The position numbers were made by a program, and so were the translations under genes. From Enoplolaimus lenunculus (lineage: Eukaryota), in the NCBI GenBank assembly GCA_030248215.1, contig JASANG010001649.1, positions 496,001 to 560,000 on the forward strand: a stretch of DNA of 64,000 nucleotides, given 5' to 3'. Shown here piece after piece: positions 52,300-64,000 of this stretch. The stretch's first letter is position 1. Every line of letters begins with the position of its first letter. The notes under the pieces are model-generated. The model saw nothing but the letters and a program-made list of their open reading frames with translations. It ran no database searches and was not told the DNA's origin.

Positions 52300-52759
52300 T
52301 ACTGGAAGAAAAAAACAAAAAAACCAATGAGAAAGCGCAACATAAAACGAAAGATCATGAGATGCGTTGAAAAACAGAACAGAAAATTGGAGTTTACAGA
52401 TAGTTTTACTTTTTAACGCGGGAAAAAGTAATCGAACGGGTTCGAAGGCAGAAAAAAGCTGGAGAGGTATTTTCGAAATTACAGAAGTTCTGGAAAGAAC
52501 AGGCATAAAATGAAAAATCTCAAAACAGATGTAACGTTTGCAACATCCTACTCAACGAGTCTATTAAAATGATATCTCGAAAAAGCTTCTAAGGAAGTCA
52601 CGTGTTTAGGTTTAGAATCAAGACAGTTTCGTTTCGTGCCTGCTAATTTAACTTGGCAAACCACCGCGGCTCAAAAATTCGGATTCACTGTGGTTTCCAA
52701 GCCATGCCAAAGCAATATAATGTTCTACTGAACGGAACCAAAAAGTAGCTCCTATTTTA

Positions 52760-53568
52760 CTGCAGTACAGTGACCCGAACAAGAGGGGGACTGACATCTA
52801 TTTGGCCTCTCCAGAGCGTACCTCCCTATATTATTCGGTTACGAATTCTAATTTTTAATCCACGATCCGCCACCCTTCGTTACTTAATAATTCGGTATAC
52901 GGCAATATCTGTTGAATTACGTTTATTTGTATTATATCAAGAGCTTGAACAATAATACAAGGTTATACTTTGGGATGTACTTTCAAAACCTAAGCATGGT
53001 TTAAAGTTTTGAACTCCACTTTATTTGGGCCTAGCGTATTTATGCACTACAATTAGTGATAATTGATATTTATGGTCTCTTAGGCAGGGTGCAACCGGAA
53101 TTCCAATTCCGGTAGGAAATCCGGTATTTTCCACTATACGGTTCCGGTAATAACTCCGGCATTTTTTCACCGGAATGTTTCGGTAGCTTCGTAATGGAAA
53201 TTTTTCTTTCGAACATTTAAGAAAAAACTGCATATTATCCTTAGTTAATTTTTTTAAATGGAGCGTGTATTGCCAAAGTGTCCTACTCCATAGTTTACCA
53301 TACGGTTCCAGCTACTGTATTTGTTTTCGGATTTTGGCATTCTTAATGGTGCGTGATCACCATTAAAATCGATAAAAAGTTAGTGTTTAAAATGAATTTT
53401 TCGGTAACAAGTATTTTTGGTTCCGGTATTTTTTCACTTTCCGTTCCGGTTCCGTATTTTACAATACCGCTTGCACCCTGCTCTTAGGGTTTACGAACTC
53501 TATCCGCTTATGGACTCCTATTAATTGGGACTCAAAATGGGGACCCCCTCTTATCCTTGTCACTACAG
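52760..53568. mobile_element. TA-target MITE interrupted by a hAT-like MITE
   Basis: Family TIRs at both ends; insertion at 53085-53480. Confidence 0.75.
53085..53480. mobile_element. hAT-like MITE
   Basis: CAGGGTGCAA...TTGCACCCTG with perfect 8-bp TSD CTCTTAGG. Confidence 0.9.
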
Positions 53569-54050
53569 TACGTGATGGAAATTGCTTATAAAGTTTTTGT
53601 GACCGGCAGTCAGGTTCACCCGAGCGCATTCGTGATATCACACAGTACACGACTGAAACACTAGACGACAAGTTAGCCAACTATCTTCAGAACGGACGCT
53701 GAAATTTTAATTTTTGCGGCATACCACTATATGCACCTGCATATACTTTCCACGCTCAAGACTAGCCAAGTTTTTCCGGGGGAACATCTAGGTTGTGACA
53801 CCAGCGTAATATGTACTGGATCACATATAGACTAATTAGCCGCAAAGCATTTGGCAGCACCCTCATCCTAAGTTCAAATATGGTACCTGCAGTATAATTT
53901 CAAATCGAATAGAATTCCAGTGATAAAAAGTTCATGAAACAGTAAAATCGAATCACAGCAATATACATCTCATGATAAATAAAACCCAGTCATTTTGTTA
54001 CGAAATAAGCAATAATTACGTTAAGTTCAATTTGAGCAGCAAAAATCATA

Positions 54051-54500
54051 CTGTAGTTACCCGAATAAGAGGGGGGACTGATATTTATTTGGCCTCTCCA
54101 GAGAGAACCCCCTTGTTATTCGGTTACGGATTATTTATTTTTAACCCAAGCTCCGCCGCTTTTGGTTACTGATATACATATTTTCAGTACTGCAATTATC
54201 CGTTGAATTAAAGATTTATTTGTCTTGTGTCAATAGCTTGAGCGATAATACAAGGTTACACTTAGGAATGTACTTTCAAAATTAAAGTACGCTTTAAAGT
54301 TTCGAACTCAAATTATTTGGTCCTGGAGTCTTGTATGCGCTACAATTAAGGTTAATAAATTGACATTTATGTACTCTAATTAGGGTTTAGGGACTCTATC
54401 CGCTTACGGACTCTTATTAGGGATATGGACTCCTATTGATTGGGACTCAAATGGGGACCCCCTCTTATTACCCCTCCCCCTTTTATTCGGGTTAATACAG
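54051..54500. mobile_element. TA-target MITE
   Basis: TA|CTGTAGTTACCCGAATAAGAGGGG...TTATTCGGGTTAATACAG|TA. Confidence 0.85.
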
Positions 54501-55462
54501 TACGTGAATATGATGAAAAGCAGTCTTGCCACTAAGTCCCAAAATATAACAAAATAAACTGTTACTATATTTTATCATAATTTAAACTAATGTCATATAT
54601 TATAATTGTACCAATCTAAGCTGTAAATTTAGTCATTTAGAGCCCTAAAATAATCACATAAGTGTACATGTTTTACGCTTTATAGCTTAAATTTAATTGA
54701 TTTTTTTACACATGACTCATCGCTCGTATATTTGGTTCATTTTTTGCTTACACTTAGTCTTATGCTTAGACTTAGGCTTACCGTTACGTGGTTGCTTATA
54801 CCACTGTTACGACCCTGATATATACATTGGTCGTTAAAAACCCCTCTTGATTAGAACCAACTTTTTACAAAATGTAAAACTTAAATATCATTAAAACTTT
54901 AACTCCAAACATCATACTTACATAATAATATGTCAATGTTTTGCAACCTACTACGTTTATATCAGCTTTTTGTGTTCCCAATTTTGTACTTCTTGTATAT
55001 TTTTAGCCTGAACGCAACATTTTCTGCCATACGAAAAATGTTAAAATAAAGCATAATATAAAGCCAGTTAGACTAAATCTAAACAACCAGACAAACCCGT
55101 AAGCACGCAAAATACAATACATGATATAATATTCTATCCCGGGTGTGATTTATATAAGTTTCAATTAAACCATCACATACAATATGCACGCTAGAGGCAC
55201 CAAGACAGTTGGCAATATATCACAGCCGCTAAATGAAAAATAACTTAAGCTAATAATCTCAAATAATGAGTCTCACCTATCACCAGTTGGCAACACGTGT
55301 TGTGCTTTACTAGCAATTAACTTTTATTTTGGAAGCCATTTTCCAAACAAACGCAGCCTTTACCCTGTAAAATGATCTTCGCTGCAGCGGCTAGCTAATT
55401 GTTTAATCACCTATTACTAGGCTGGTGATAGATGGTATATAACCTGAGTATTCTGATACCGG

Positions 55463-58400
55463 TTATAAATCAATATGCCGTGGTGGAGGAGTTGCAGTAT
55501 GTACTGCGTCGCTAGGTATAACAACGTCATGGTCCTCACGTGTAGGCAACGTGTAACAAATTAACGGTGTTTCCAGTTCGAAAATATATTCGCACCGCAC
55601 CGGCTCCGTTACCGATAATATATTGGTCGAATTGCCGCAAACAACACGCACCTGAAACAATATAATCAATTTCAAACAAGACATAGGAAAACTGAACTAT
55701 CAATACAAAACATTACTCACTACAGTATTTTTTATGTTCAAACCAATTTTTTTCTTTGTAATGTAACGGTGTATAAAGTTATAACAGAACATCCAAGCTT
55801 AAAAATAATCAGTCCTGCGTTGAGTTTCGATTTCGTAGTTAAATTCTACATAGCTACACTGTGTCCAGTTTCGCAGAGGTAGTGCAAAATGCCGGAAGAC
55901 AACAATAATGTAATCGACATGAAAACATGAAACTGCGAGCGCAAATAATACAGCAAACATGAACATCGGAAACATTAATATAAAAGTTTTACTTCTGCGC
56001 TACGGCTTGGCCCGTTCCAACAACCTTGACCATCGGTATAGCTCATTCGTTCATATTTGTTGTCAGGTGGTCCAGACCATGATTTCCAGTCGCTAAAATA
56101 AACAGTATAAAACTAAAACAACGCGCTGGCAAATCAAGCAAAAAACATCGCACAAAAATAAAAAACAGTCAAAGTACAAAATACCAACATTATATAAAAA
56201 ATCATGCTTTTGAAAAAACTATAATAATCGCAGTTTTGCAAATATATAGATTAGCTTACTCTTACTGACTTCCATAAATAGCATGTTTCACTTACCCTAA
56301 ATTCGTAGACGATTGCTTTGCCTGATGAAATAAGCACAGCGAATATTCGTATTCACGCTGGCGATATGTGTAACATTGATGCCACAAAGGAGCCCATTCA
56401 GAGTCAAGACCAAAGTCAAAAGCAATAAACTTCTCAAGCTCGCTAGAAACAAAGAGAAAACAAAAATTGGAAAACTATTTTCACCGTACTGTGCAAAGAT
56501 AAAACATGGCACAAAACAACTCCCATCCACCGCTAAAACTCCTAGCGTGACCAGTGGAAGTTCCAGCGACACTCCTGAAACATTTTGTATTCAGCAGATG
56601 TTTAGAAGCGACAATGGAAAAATAACAATTCATACCAGTTATAAAAATATGAAGCCCACACCGCCCGATTGGAACCCCACATTTTAGTGATGTGTGAGCA
56701 CAACGATAACTTTACTGATCTGCAATTCTAAGGCTCAGAAACAGCAAACAAAAATAAACAGCGTTCTGCTAGTGAACTTCTTAAACAAAATACACTGCAA
56801 CAAAGGTTATAAATAAAATAGTATTCTTATTTATTACCTCATTTCTTTTTCGATTTCACGATATTTCTCATCAAAAGTATTGAAACGTTTTCGAGCAGCG
56901 TCGGCAGCTAAAGGGAAACACAAAGACATTTCACTGAGTTTGAATTATTTACACAAAGACAAAAGGTATACATTTTTACTTTATACTTCAAGTTTAGTAT
57001 TTCAGTTATAAATACAACTACAAACGGCAGCTCCTTGCAATGCAGACACATTTTTTCTATTGGCAAATTTGGTACAAGCTAAGCTGAGAAACAAAGAACT
57101 ACGAGAACTAAATACTACAGCGTTCCGTCATTCTGTGTTTATAAAAACAGTATATTCTGAGAGCACGCGGCATTAGAACAGCCAGAAAATAACAAAATCT
57201 TACAAAAAATAATACCAACCAAGATCGGCATTATCTCTAATTTAAAAGACGCTCAATATTCAACCATCGTGATGAAGAAAATTTTCACGCCTGAACACTT
57301 CAAATTATTGCAAAAACATACGTTCATTTTTAACCAGTTCCCTTCAAGCCATTGCTTAAATTAGGATAATGACTGTAGTGTAAATTATTTAAAAAAAGAT
57401 GACGAATCTAAACCCCAGTTCAAAATCATATTAATAAAGATTCACCTTCAATCAATCGTAACGTATCATTATCATACGCAGGCATATTTTCGTCCTCGGC
57501 GTCGACACTAGGTTTCGATCCAGATTTCATATATTTGTCTTCATCAAAATCTTCTATGCTATCATCGAAATCCTCCTGGTTTTCATTTTGTTCATTTTCT
57601 TCTTCCATGTCTTCTATTTCCTTACTTTCTTCGTGTTCTTCCATTTCTGTATTATTGATTTCATGACTAGGTTCGTCGTTGTCTGTTTCATTTATTTCTT
57701 GCTTAAATTAGCCCAAATGAAACGCTATTTAAAAAAGAACCATGAATATCAACTTTAAAATTAGCTTATGCTGTATCGGGTAGCGTTCAATTAATAAATT
57801 GGTTTAAATCATACCAGACGTACTGCAATAAGAGGAAATAAATTCTTAAGCAATTTTGCCGACACAACTCACATCTTGAGCTTCCGTTGAGGTATGCAAC
57901 GGCGGTGTTAAAGGCACTGTAGATTCCGGTGATGGAGTGGGTTCAACATCTTCTAATTTTGTTTCCTATAATTTAATATAATATAAAATAAGGCAACTTA
58001 CCAACAACAACTTGGAATAACTTATTTAAACATATGTATTGGTTTTAAATCCAACGCCGAGTTTGAACATCAAACCATAGACAAAACTTCTATCTTAAAC
58101 CATTATTTAATTGATGTCCGTATGTAAAGTAATTACAAGTAATATTTATTCAGTACACATACTTGGGCAAATTTATACTATACAAATTCGTTACTGTGTA
58201 AACTACTGACGAAAATTTATAACAGACACCTACTTGTGAAAACTAGTCAAAAATCTGGTCATTCCAAATATGAAAATTGAAAGCAGTACACTAAATCATA
58301 CTATTCAGAAATACAAGAACATGGAATTTTTGTGCTCACCGGACTACGATAGATGTCCTTAATACTTTCCCATGTTGCGGATACAAACCCATCAAGGTCT

Positions 58401-61400
58401 GGTTCTTCATCAGCTAACGTCTCCTGAACAATGCCTTGACATTTATTTTTTTCATAATTAGTTTACCAAATTTAGCACGATTATACTCTATGCCCCTTAT
58501 TGCAAATTGTTTGAACATCCCAGGGCAACGTTGCATGGCAAAATAAGTTAAAATAACAACCATGTGCTGAACAGGAAATTTTCTTAAAGTTTCAGTTACT
58601 GCATGCTAATAAAAACAACAATTTCTATCTTTAAAAATGGCTCTAATACTAACCTTTGCTTCTTCATCTGAAACCATGCCATCTCCATCTTTGTCAAATT
58701 CTTGATGAGACTGGATTTCGCTGATTGATATTCCAAAACAATAAATATAATACGTGATACGTAGTACGTTATTTCGTCCAAGGATAACCACAAAATAATC
58801 ACACAAAAACGACAACAAAGCTCCACCAAAGATATAAAACTTCAGCGTACAAATCCAATAACAGTTAACGAACCATCGCGTGAGCTACAGCAGGCGAATA
58901 GTGACAAGAAACGATGTAAAAAATAGACACAAATCCTTTAACACGACATACAAAACGTTCAATACTTACCGTCCGTTCTGATCTGTGTCTAATTCTTTGA
59001 ATACAGTTTCTGCACGATGTCGGTCTTTTTCTTGCCGTATCTTTTGTTTTTCAACTAAAATGTGTACAAATCTTTGGTTTTGTATTGTAACACATGTACA
59101 ACAATTGGAATGCAACTTGCCATCAGTAAACAATTCCTCAAAATGCATAAACAGAATCGCTGTTAGTCTGAAATCTAAGATATGTATCACCTTCCCACGC
59201 GTCTGTGTGCCTTTGAATTGCTTCCTGTTCAGGTTTCTCAGCATCTTGCTTTGCAACTGAAAGAAATGCGTAGCAAAGTATATACAATACAAACTTTTAA
59301 TAACGACCAAAATAATTCCTTCTAAATCTCCTATTTGGTTTTGTTCCAATTTGAAATCACTTACTATACGCCACCTTTCTGGATTTGCTGATCTTATAAT
59401 TCTAATAAGATAAGCTATGGCATGTTTCTAATATGACACATTCTCTGAAAGAATACCAATTCATGGTCAAGAGCTGTTTTCATTTAAAACATTTGACTAA
59501 TATTCGAGTGCTTGATGAATCAAACTTTTGAGATAAACTGAATATTATAATTTGGTCGGCTTGCAGATATCAGAGTAAAAACTTACTATCAATTACTGCC
59601 ACCACGTTTACAAAATATACAATTTCGCTGTGACTCTAAAACCAAAGCGCGAAGAATACCTTGTTTATTTTCCTGACACAGAAAAATGACATGAACGTTA
59701 GGCAGAAACTCGCAACATGCAATTGTACATTGCAGAAGCAGGCGCGTAGCCAGGGGGAGGGGGCTTCAAAGTTAAAGCTCATATTAATACATCAGTTTTC
59801 TATTGTGTCCAGCTTTCCGCTCGCTTGCCTAGATTCCTCTCAACTGAAAATCCTGTCTACGTGTCTGTGCAGCAGTAACTGCAACCACTTAGAATCGGGT
59901 CTTTTGTTTCATAACGCTTACTCTGGGCCAAATCACGATCTTCTTCCAAGTCCTGAATTTCTAATTTGTAGGCTTCTAGTCGTTTCTGAACAAAAAGTAC
60001 TTTACAGTAGGTAACGTGGTACATATAGTCACGGACAGAATTAAATGCCCAGTAACCCCAATCACGTCTACAACGCCATTTTATAATAACCTTTAAAGTT
60101 CCTATGCTCACGACCAGTCGCGTCTACAGAAGCTATTACAATCGCGTTCCAACCTGCGGTTGTATTGGCGTATACAAAAAATTGAAAATTTAATACTAAA
60201 GTTCAGAAGAATCAATTCATTCACAACTATTCCAGTCCACAATACTACTTACCACAGAAGAACGTTTAAAAATTACAAAAATATCTAACAGGAGTTGCTG
60301 TTCATTAGGTATTACAAAAATTACCTTTTTCTCTTCCATAATCTGTTTTGCATGTTCTAAGTACTCTATGCGTTTATAATAACCATCTTGTTTCATTTGA
60401 AGTTCGCGTTCAAACTTTTCACGAGCTTCACGTCCTAGCTCCCTGAATCCGAACGTATTGGTTTAACGTGTCATCAAAGAAGACTACATTGCACAGATAA
60501 GTGAACAAAAGCCGGGTATTTTTTTCAAAACCGAACATGAGTCCATACTGCGCCCAGGCTCATTTTTTGAGTCCGTTTCAAGGTCATGCGACCGTGCAAT
60601 TTGTATTATCCTTAGCGCAAAGCGGCATCAGAGGTTCGGATTCGGATTCGGTAAATTTGCAATGGATTCGGTTCCACCATGCCTTGGTGTGCTATGCTCC
60701 TATAAGCGTTGTATTTTTTGGTTATTTCGAGTTGGCTGTGTTTTATACAAGAGAAAATTTAGGTTAGCCTGGTGAGTCCTTAGTGCGTTCAGCGGAATTT
60801 TTTCGTTCCGTTGAGAACATTGAGAGTCTGGACTCACTCGTGGACTAAAAAACCTCGAACCAAAGTAAGGTAACGCTGACACGTGTAAAGTATCGAAAGC
60901 AACAGAATTAAAAACATATATCAAACAGAACAAACTAAATAAGATTTAAAGTAATGCCCTACTTTATTCCGAGCAACGAATAACTGTGTAACTCACTCGC
61001 ATATGTTAGGGCACGTGACGTAACCAAGATGCTCATCGCTTCCGTCGCAACAGTCTACATATGATACACACAGTACGAGTTATATTAATATTGCTTAACA
61101 ACTTCTCTGTGCAAACAATGTACTAATCAAACATAAAAATATTAACAATACAATTAACTGCCACGCAATTCTACCTTCTGTTCAATCAATTCTTTATCAG
61201 ACATTAAGCCTAATTAGACTTTACGGGACTTGTATACCAAATACAGAGTTAGGCTTAGGTTTCGAAAATGGTATAGTATAAGTACAAAAACCTTTGAATA
61301 AGCCTTTAAATGCACCTAAGCATTAATCTTAAATACAAATTACAATCAATACTAAAATTAAAAATATATCAACATTACAGTATAGTTAAAAATAGATGCC

Positions 61401-62322
61401 TACAACCAAAACATAGCACGCAGTATTATTCTGACAGGTACTAGATTTCTAATTTACTTACCACAAATTTGGTCATTCACACGTGACGACAAAATACGGT
61501 GCTGCTTGCGGGCAATGTCAGGACAGGCAAATATGCCTTTGTCACATGCCGACGTACCTGTAACGAAACAAAATTAAAATTAGTGCAAACATTACATACT
61601 ACTTATTTATTTTGGAGTCAAGTCCTCAGATTTAAACTTGACCTATTCATTAAATCGAAAACAATCTATCAAAATCATGTAACCTGAACTCTCCGCAATC
61701 CTCTCCCCCATATTTGCGCAGTCAGGCCCATGTACAGCTGAGGGGTGGGCTTTTTTGCCTCTAGACTGCAACACAGTAAACATTATCTTTAGACTATTTT
61801 TGGCTCAGCGCTAGGCTTAGTTATAGGCTTATCTTTGCGTTGAGGCTTAGGCTTAAGAATATGCTCATACCATTGTTACAGCCCTGCGTTATACATTGGC
61901 CCCCACAGTCTTTACCAGGTTCGTCAGAACCATCGTCACAATCGCAATAATCATCATTAACCCATTCAAACGGAATCGTTCCAACACCATCAATACATTT
62001 AAATTCTTCAGACTTCAAGTAAAGCGATGCACCTGAAAATTGTATCTAGACAACGAACAATCATATTTACATACTCATGTTTGTGAAGAAAAAATTCGTT
62101 AGAATTTCAACGAAAACAAAGCAATTTCAACATTTAAGCAATATTAGCACAAAATGTTATATAAACAGACTTCATGTGGCATTATACCGTTTGCTGAATA
62201 CCATAAAACATCGCAACAAAATGTGTAAAATATATACCAAACTTACGACTTTTAGGCACGCCACGCGGCAACTCAAAAGAAAGCACACATGGTAAAGCTA
62301 CGAGAGCAACAAGCAATGCCAT
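55463..62322 (-). CDS. PRKCSH: Glucosidase II beta subunit, ~565 aa, 16 coding exons
   Basis: Exons (minus): 62247-62322, 61916-62032, 61462-61557, 60997-61054, 60325-60442, 59922-59985, 59191-59256, 58970-59054, 58654-58732, 58340-58423, 57873-57965, 57446-57701, 56838-56907, 56296-56442, 55993-56092, 55463-55651. Signal peptide plus [40 protein letters not shown], two EF-hands, acidic tract, MRH domain ([16 protein letters not shown]). An upstream exon ending at 62664 could add an in-frame MLL start. Confidence 0.95.
61725..61901. mobile_element. Merlin-like MITE with TTAGGC motifs in PRKCSH intron
   Basis: GGCCCATGTA...TACATTGGCC termini; internal GGCTTAGGCTTAAG. Confidence 0.6.
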
Positions 62323-62744
62323 TTTACCACTGCACTAACAAAGTTATCAGGCATATATCTTTATAAAGTTAAAAAATATTTTCTGAATTTAAAAAAGTAA
62401 ATAGTAAATCAAAGAGCATGTGTTTAATATCTATATACGAGTAACTGTGGAACCACGGACGTTTATGTTACAAAATATTTGCGCACGTACGATGCATATT
62501 TGTATTAGAACTATAGCGTTGTGGTATTTATTGTTTTCGAAGAGTTTTTTGCGCAAACGTAGCTGGTTAAGTAAAACCGGTGTAGCGAGTGCAATTGAGA
62601 GTTTTACTCATTTGCACTAAATTCAACAGAACAGCGAAATTAATCACACAAGCGGTTGCTTACCAACAACATTGCAAAGGTTTCAGTTTCTGAAGGTATA
62701 ACCTCGGCGTTTTGGGTTATCAGCATCGAACCGGGATGTAACAA

Positions 62745-63837
62745 CTACTCGGATTGAAAATTTTTTCGCATATGTATTGAACACCATCCTGAGCATTTCA
62801 CACCAAAATTAGAATATTTTGGAAATTGGGCATGCATAGGCTGCCATACTTGTTCCGGAACAAAAAAGACTTCATCACATTTCCACCTATCAATTACTAC
62901 TATGCGCTTTAAAACATGACTATTAAATGCAATCTGCAAAGGGGGACTCCCAATTTCAATTTTTTAAACCGTTGCATTGCAATTGAAACTCTCGCTTATT
63001 AGTGATAACGGATTTTATTGAATGCGGACTAATTCACACGTTAAACACGCCATTTCTCCATACTGTAAACCATTGCGGAGTCGCCATATGCGATTGCACC
63101 CTGGCCCTCATATTTCGCTCAAATTTTTTCCTAAGTTTTCGCAAACCATGCTGCTCGTTTAACACTAACACGAATGTAAGTTTATTTTCCATAACCGTAA
63201 CAATACTACATGCATTATATTAATGCACGTATATAAATTCAAAAACGAGGCTGAACTAAAATTCTTGGATTTTACAACTGGGAGCCAAGTCAACGGAACT
63301 ATGTTCTTGTTCCAACCATATTAAACTAAGTGGATACTTAAACACCACACCCACACAGCATACTTTAAGATTCAGCGATTGGCGGTTCTGCTAATAGAAA
63401 TACACCATGATGTTTAAACTTTGGCCAATGTAAAGAACAATATCTCTAAGCCTAAGCCTAAGCCAAGCAAAAAATTAGTCTAAAGCTTTTAAGCTTACTC
63501 TTTTCTAGTCCCACAGAAACACGTTCCGCCCCTGATCTTTACATGGGCCGAAGCTTTCAATTCAATCAGCGTTTAACAAGATCAAAATGCACAACACACA
63601 ATAGAAAAGCTAATCTAATGATCATAAATATTTGACAAACGTACAAAAACACTGAGATTACTATCAATTTTGAACTACAAAAGTGAAAGTTTTACGTGAA
63701 GGTACAAATTAATTACTTTTTGCAAAATTCCAACTTGCGAACCAGAACACTAAACTTTTCACTAAAATCGCAATCAGTCAACACAGAGTTCTGTGTAAAA
63801 CTTTGTCCATAAACCATTTTTGCGTATTGAACGACAT
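62745..63837 (-). CDS. 3' part of an unidentified gene (four exons), 5' end unresolved or outside the window
   Basis: Exons 63717-63837, 63276-63325, 63064-63164, 62745-62933 join in frame through GT-AG introns (VVQYAKMVYG...LIWLEQEH...LRKLRKKFERNMRARVQSH...VPEQVWQPMH...QSE*); a MITE sits in one intron. Confidence 0.55.
63423..63549. mobile_element. Merlin-like MITE with (GCCTAA)n
   Basis: GGCCAATGTAAAG...CTTTACATGGGCC; internal CTAAGCCTAAGCCTAAGCC; degenerate TSD TAAACTTT/GAAGCTTT. Confidence 0.7.
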
Positions 63838-64000
63838 CTAAACAATGAATATGATAGCAGCGACAATCCACAATTCAAACCTTTTTATCTTTTTCAAATT
63901 AGACTGGTGCATGTGAAAAAACATTTTGGTGAGAAAGTTGTGGTCAGGGAGGATGCTGTTTAGCATAAAAAACCGCTGCACACAAAACAACAAAATCTGG

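Noticed and set aside
61244..61262. TTAGGCTTAGG in a PRKCSH intron as telomerase template or telomere remnant
   Set aside because: AT-rich unstructured context; such motifs are explained by the MITE family.
63881..63975. Next upstream exon of the partial gene at 62745-63837
   Set aside because: Its only open frame ends in phase 2, whereas the following exon needs phase 1; left unresolved.

Overview
Eukaryotic, AT-rich, intron-rich genomic DNA, most likely from a nematode (inferred from TTTTAG/TTTCAG acceptors, TTAGGC motifs and nematode-like protein sequences). I assembled five multi-exon genes by hand with phase-consistent junctions: MFSD14/HIAT1 (-, 2541-13447), NDUFA7 (+, 18651-22088), an F-box/LRR protein ending in a CVIM CaaX box (+, 24866-35231), a Cys-for-Sec Selenoprotein-P-like protein (-, 41547-45813) and PRKCSH/glucosidase II beta (-, 55463-62322). 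Two weaker orphan gene models lie immediately upstream of MFSD14 and PRKCSH in operon-like spacing, and one speculative small gene lies near 50.2-51.5 kb. Introns and intergenic DNA are filled with non-autonomous elements: hAT-, Merlin-, Tc1/pogo-, piggyBac- and CACTG-type MITEs, Helentron/DINE-1-like elements and an RTE LINE fragment. The most notable observations are an apparent GT-GG intron needed to keep a PRKCSH EF-hand intact, several GCAAGT donors, the CxxC SelP homolog, MITEs carrying tRNA-like cassettes or telomere-like motifs, a four-level TE nest and a structured-RNA candidate in NDUFA7 intron 1. All models come from manual reading; no database searches were run.
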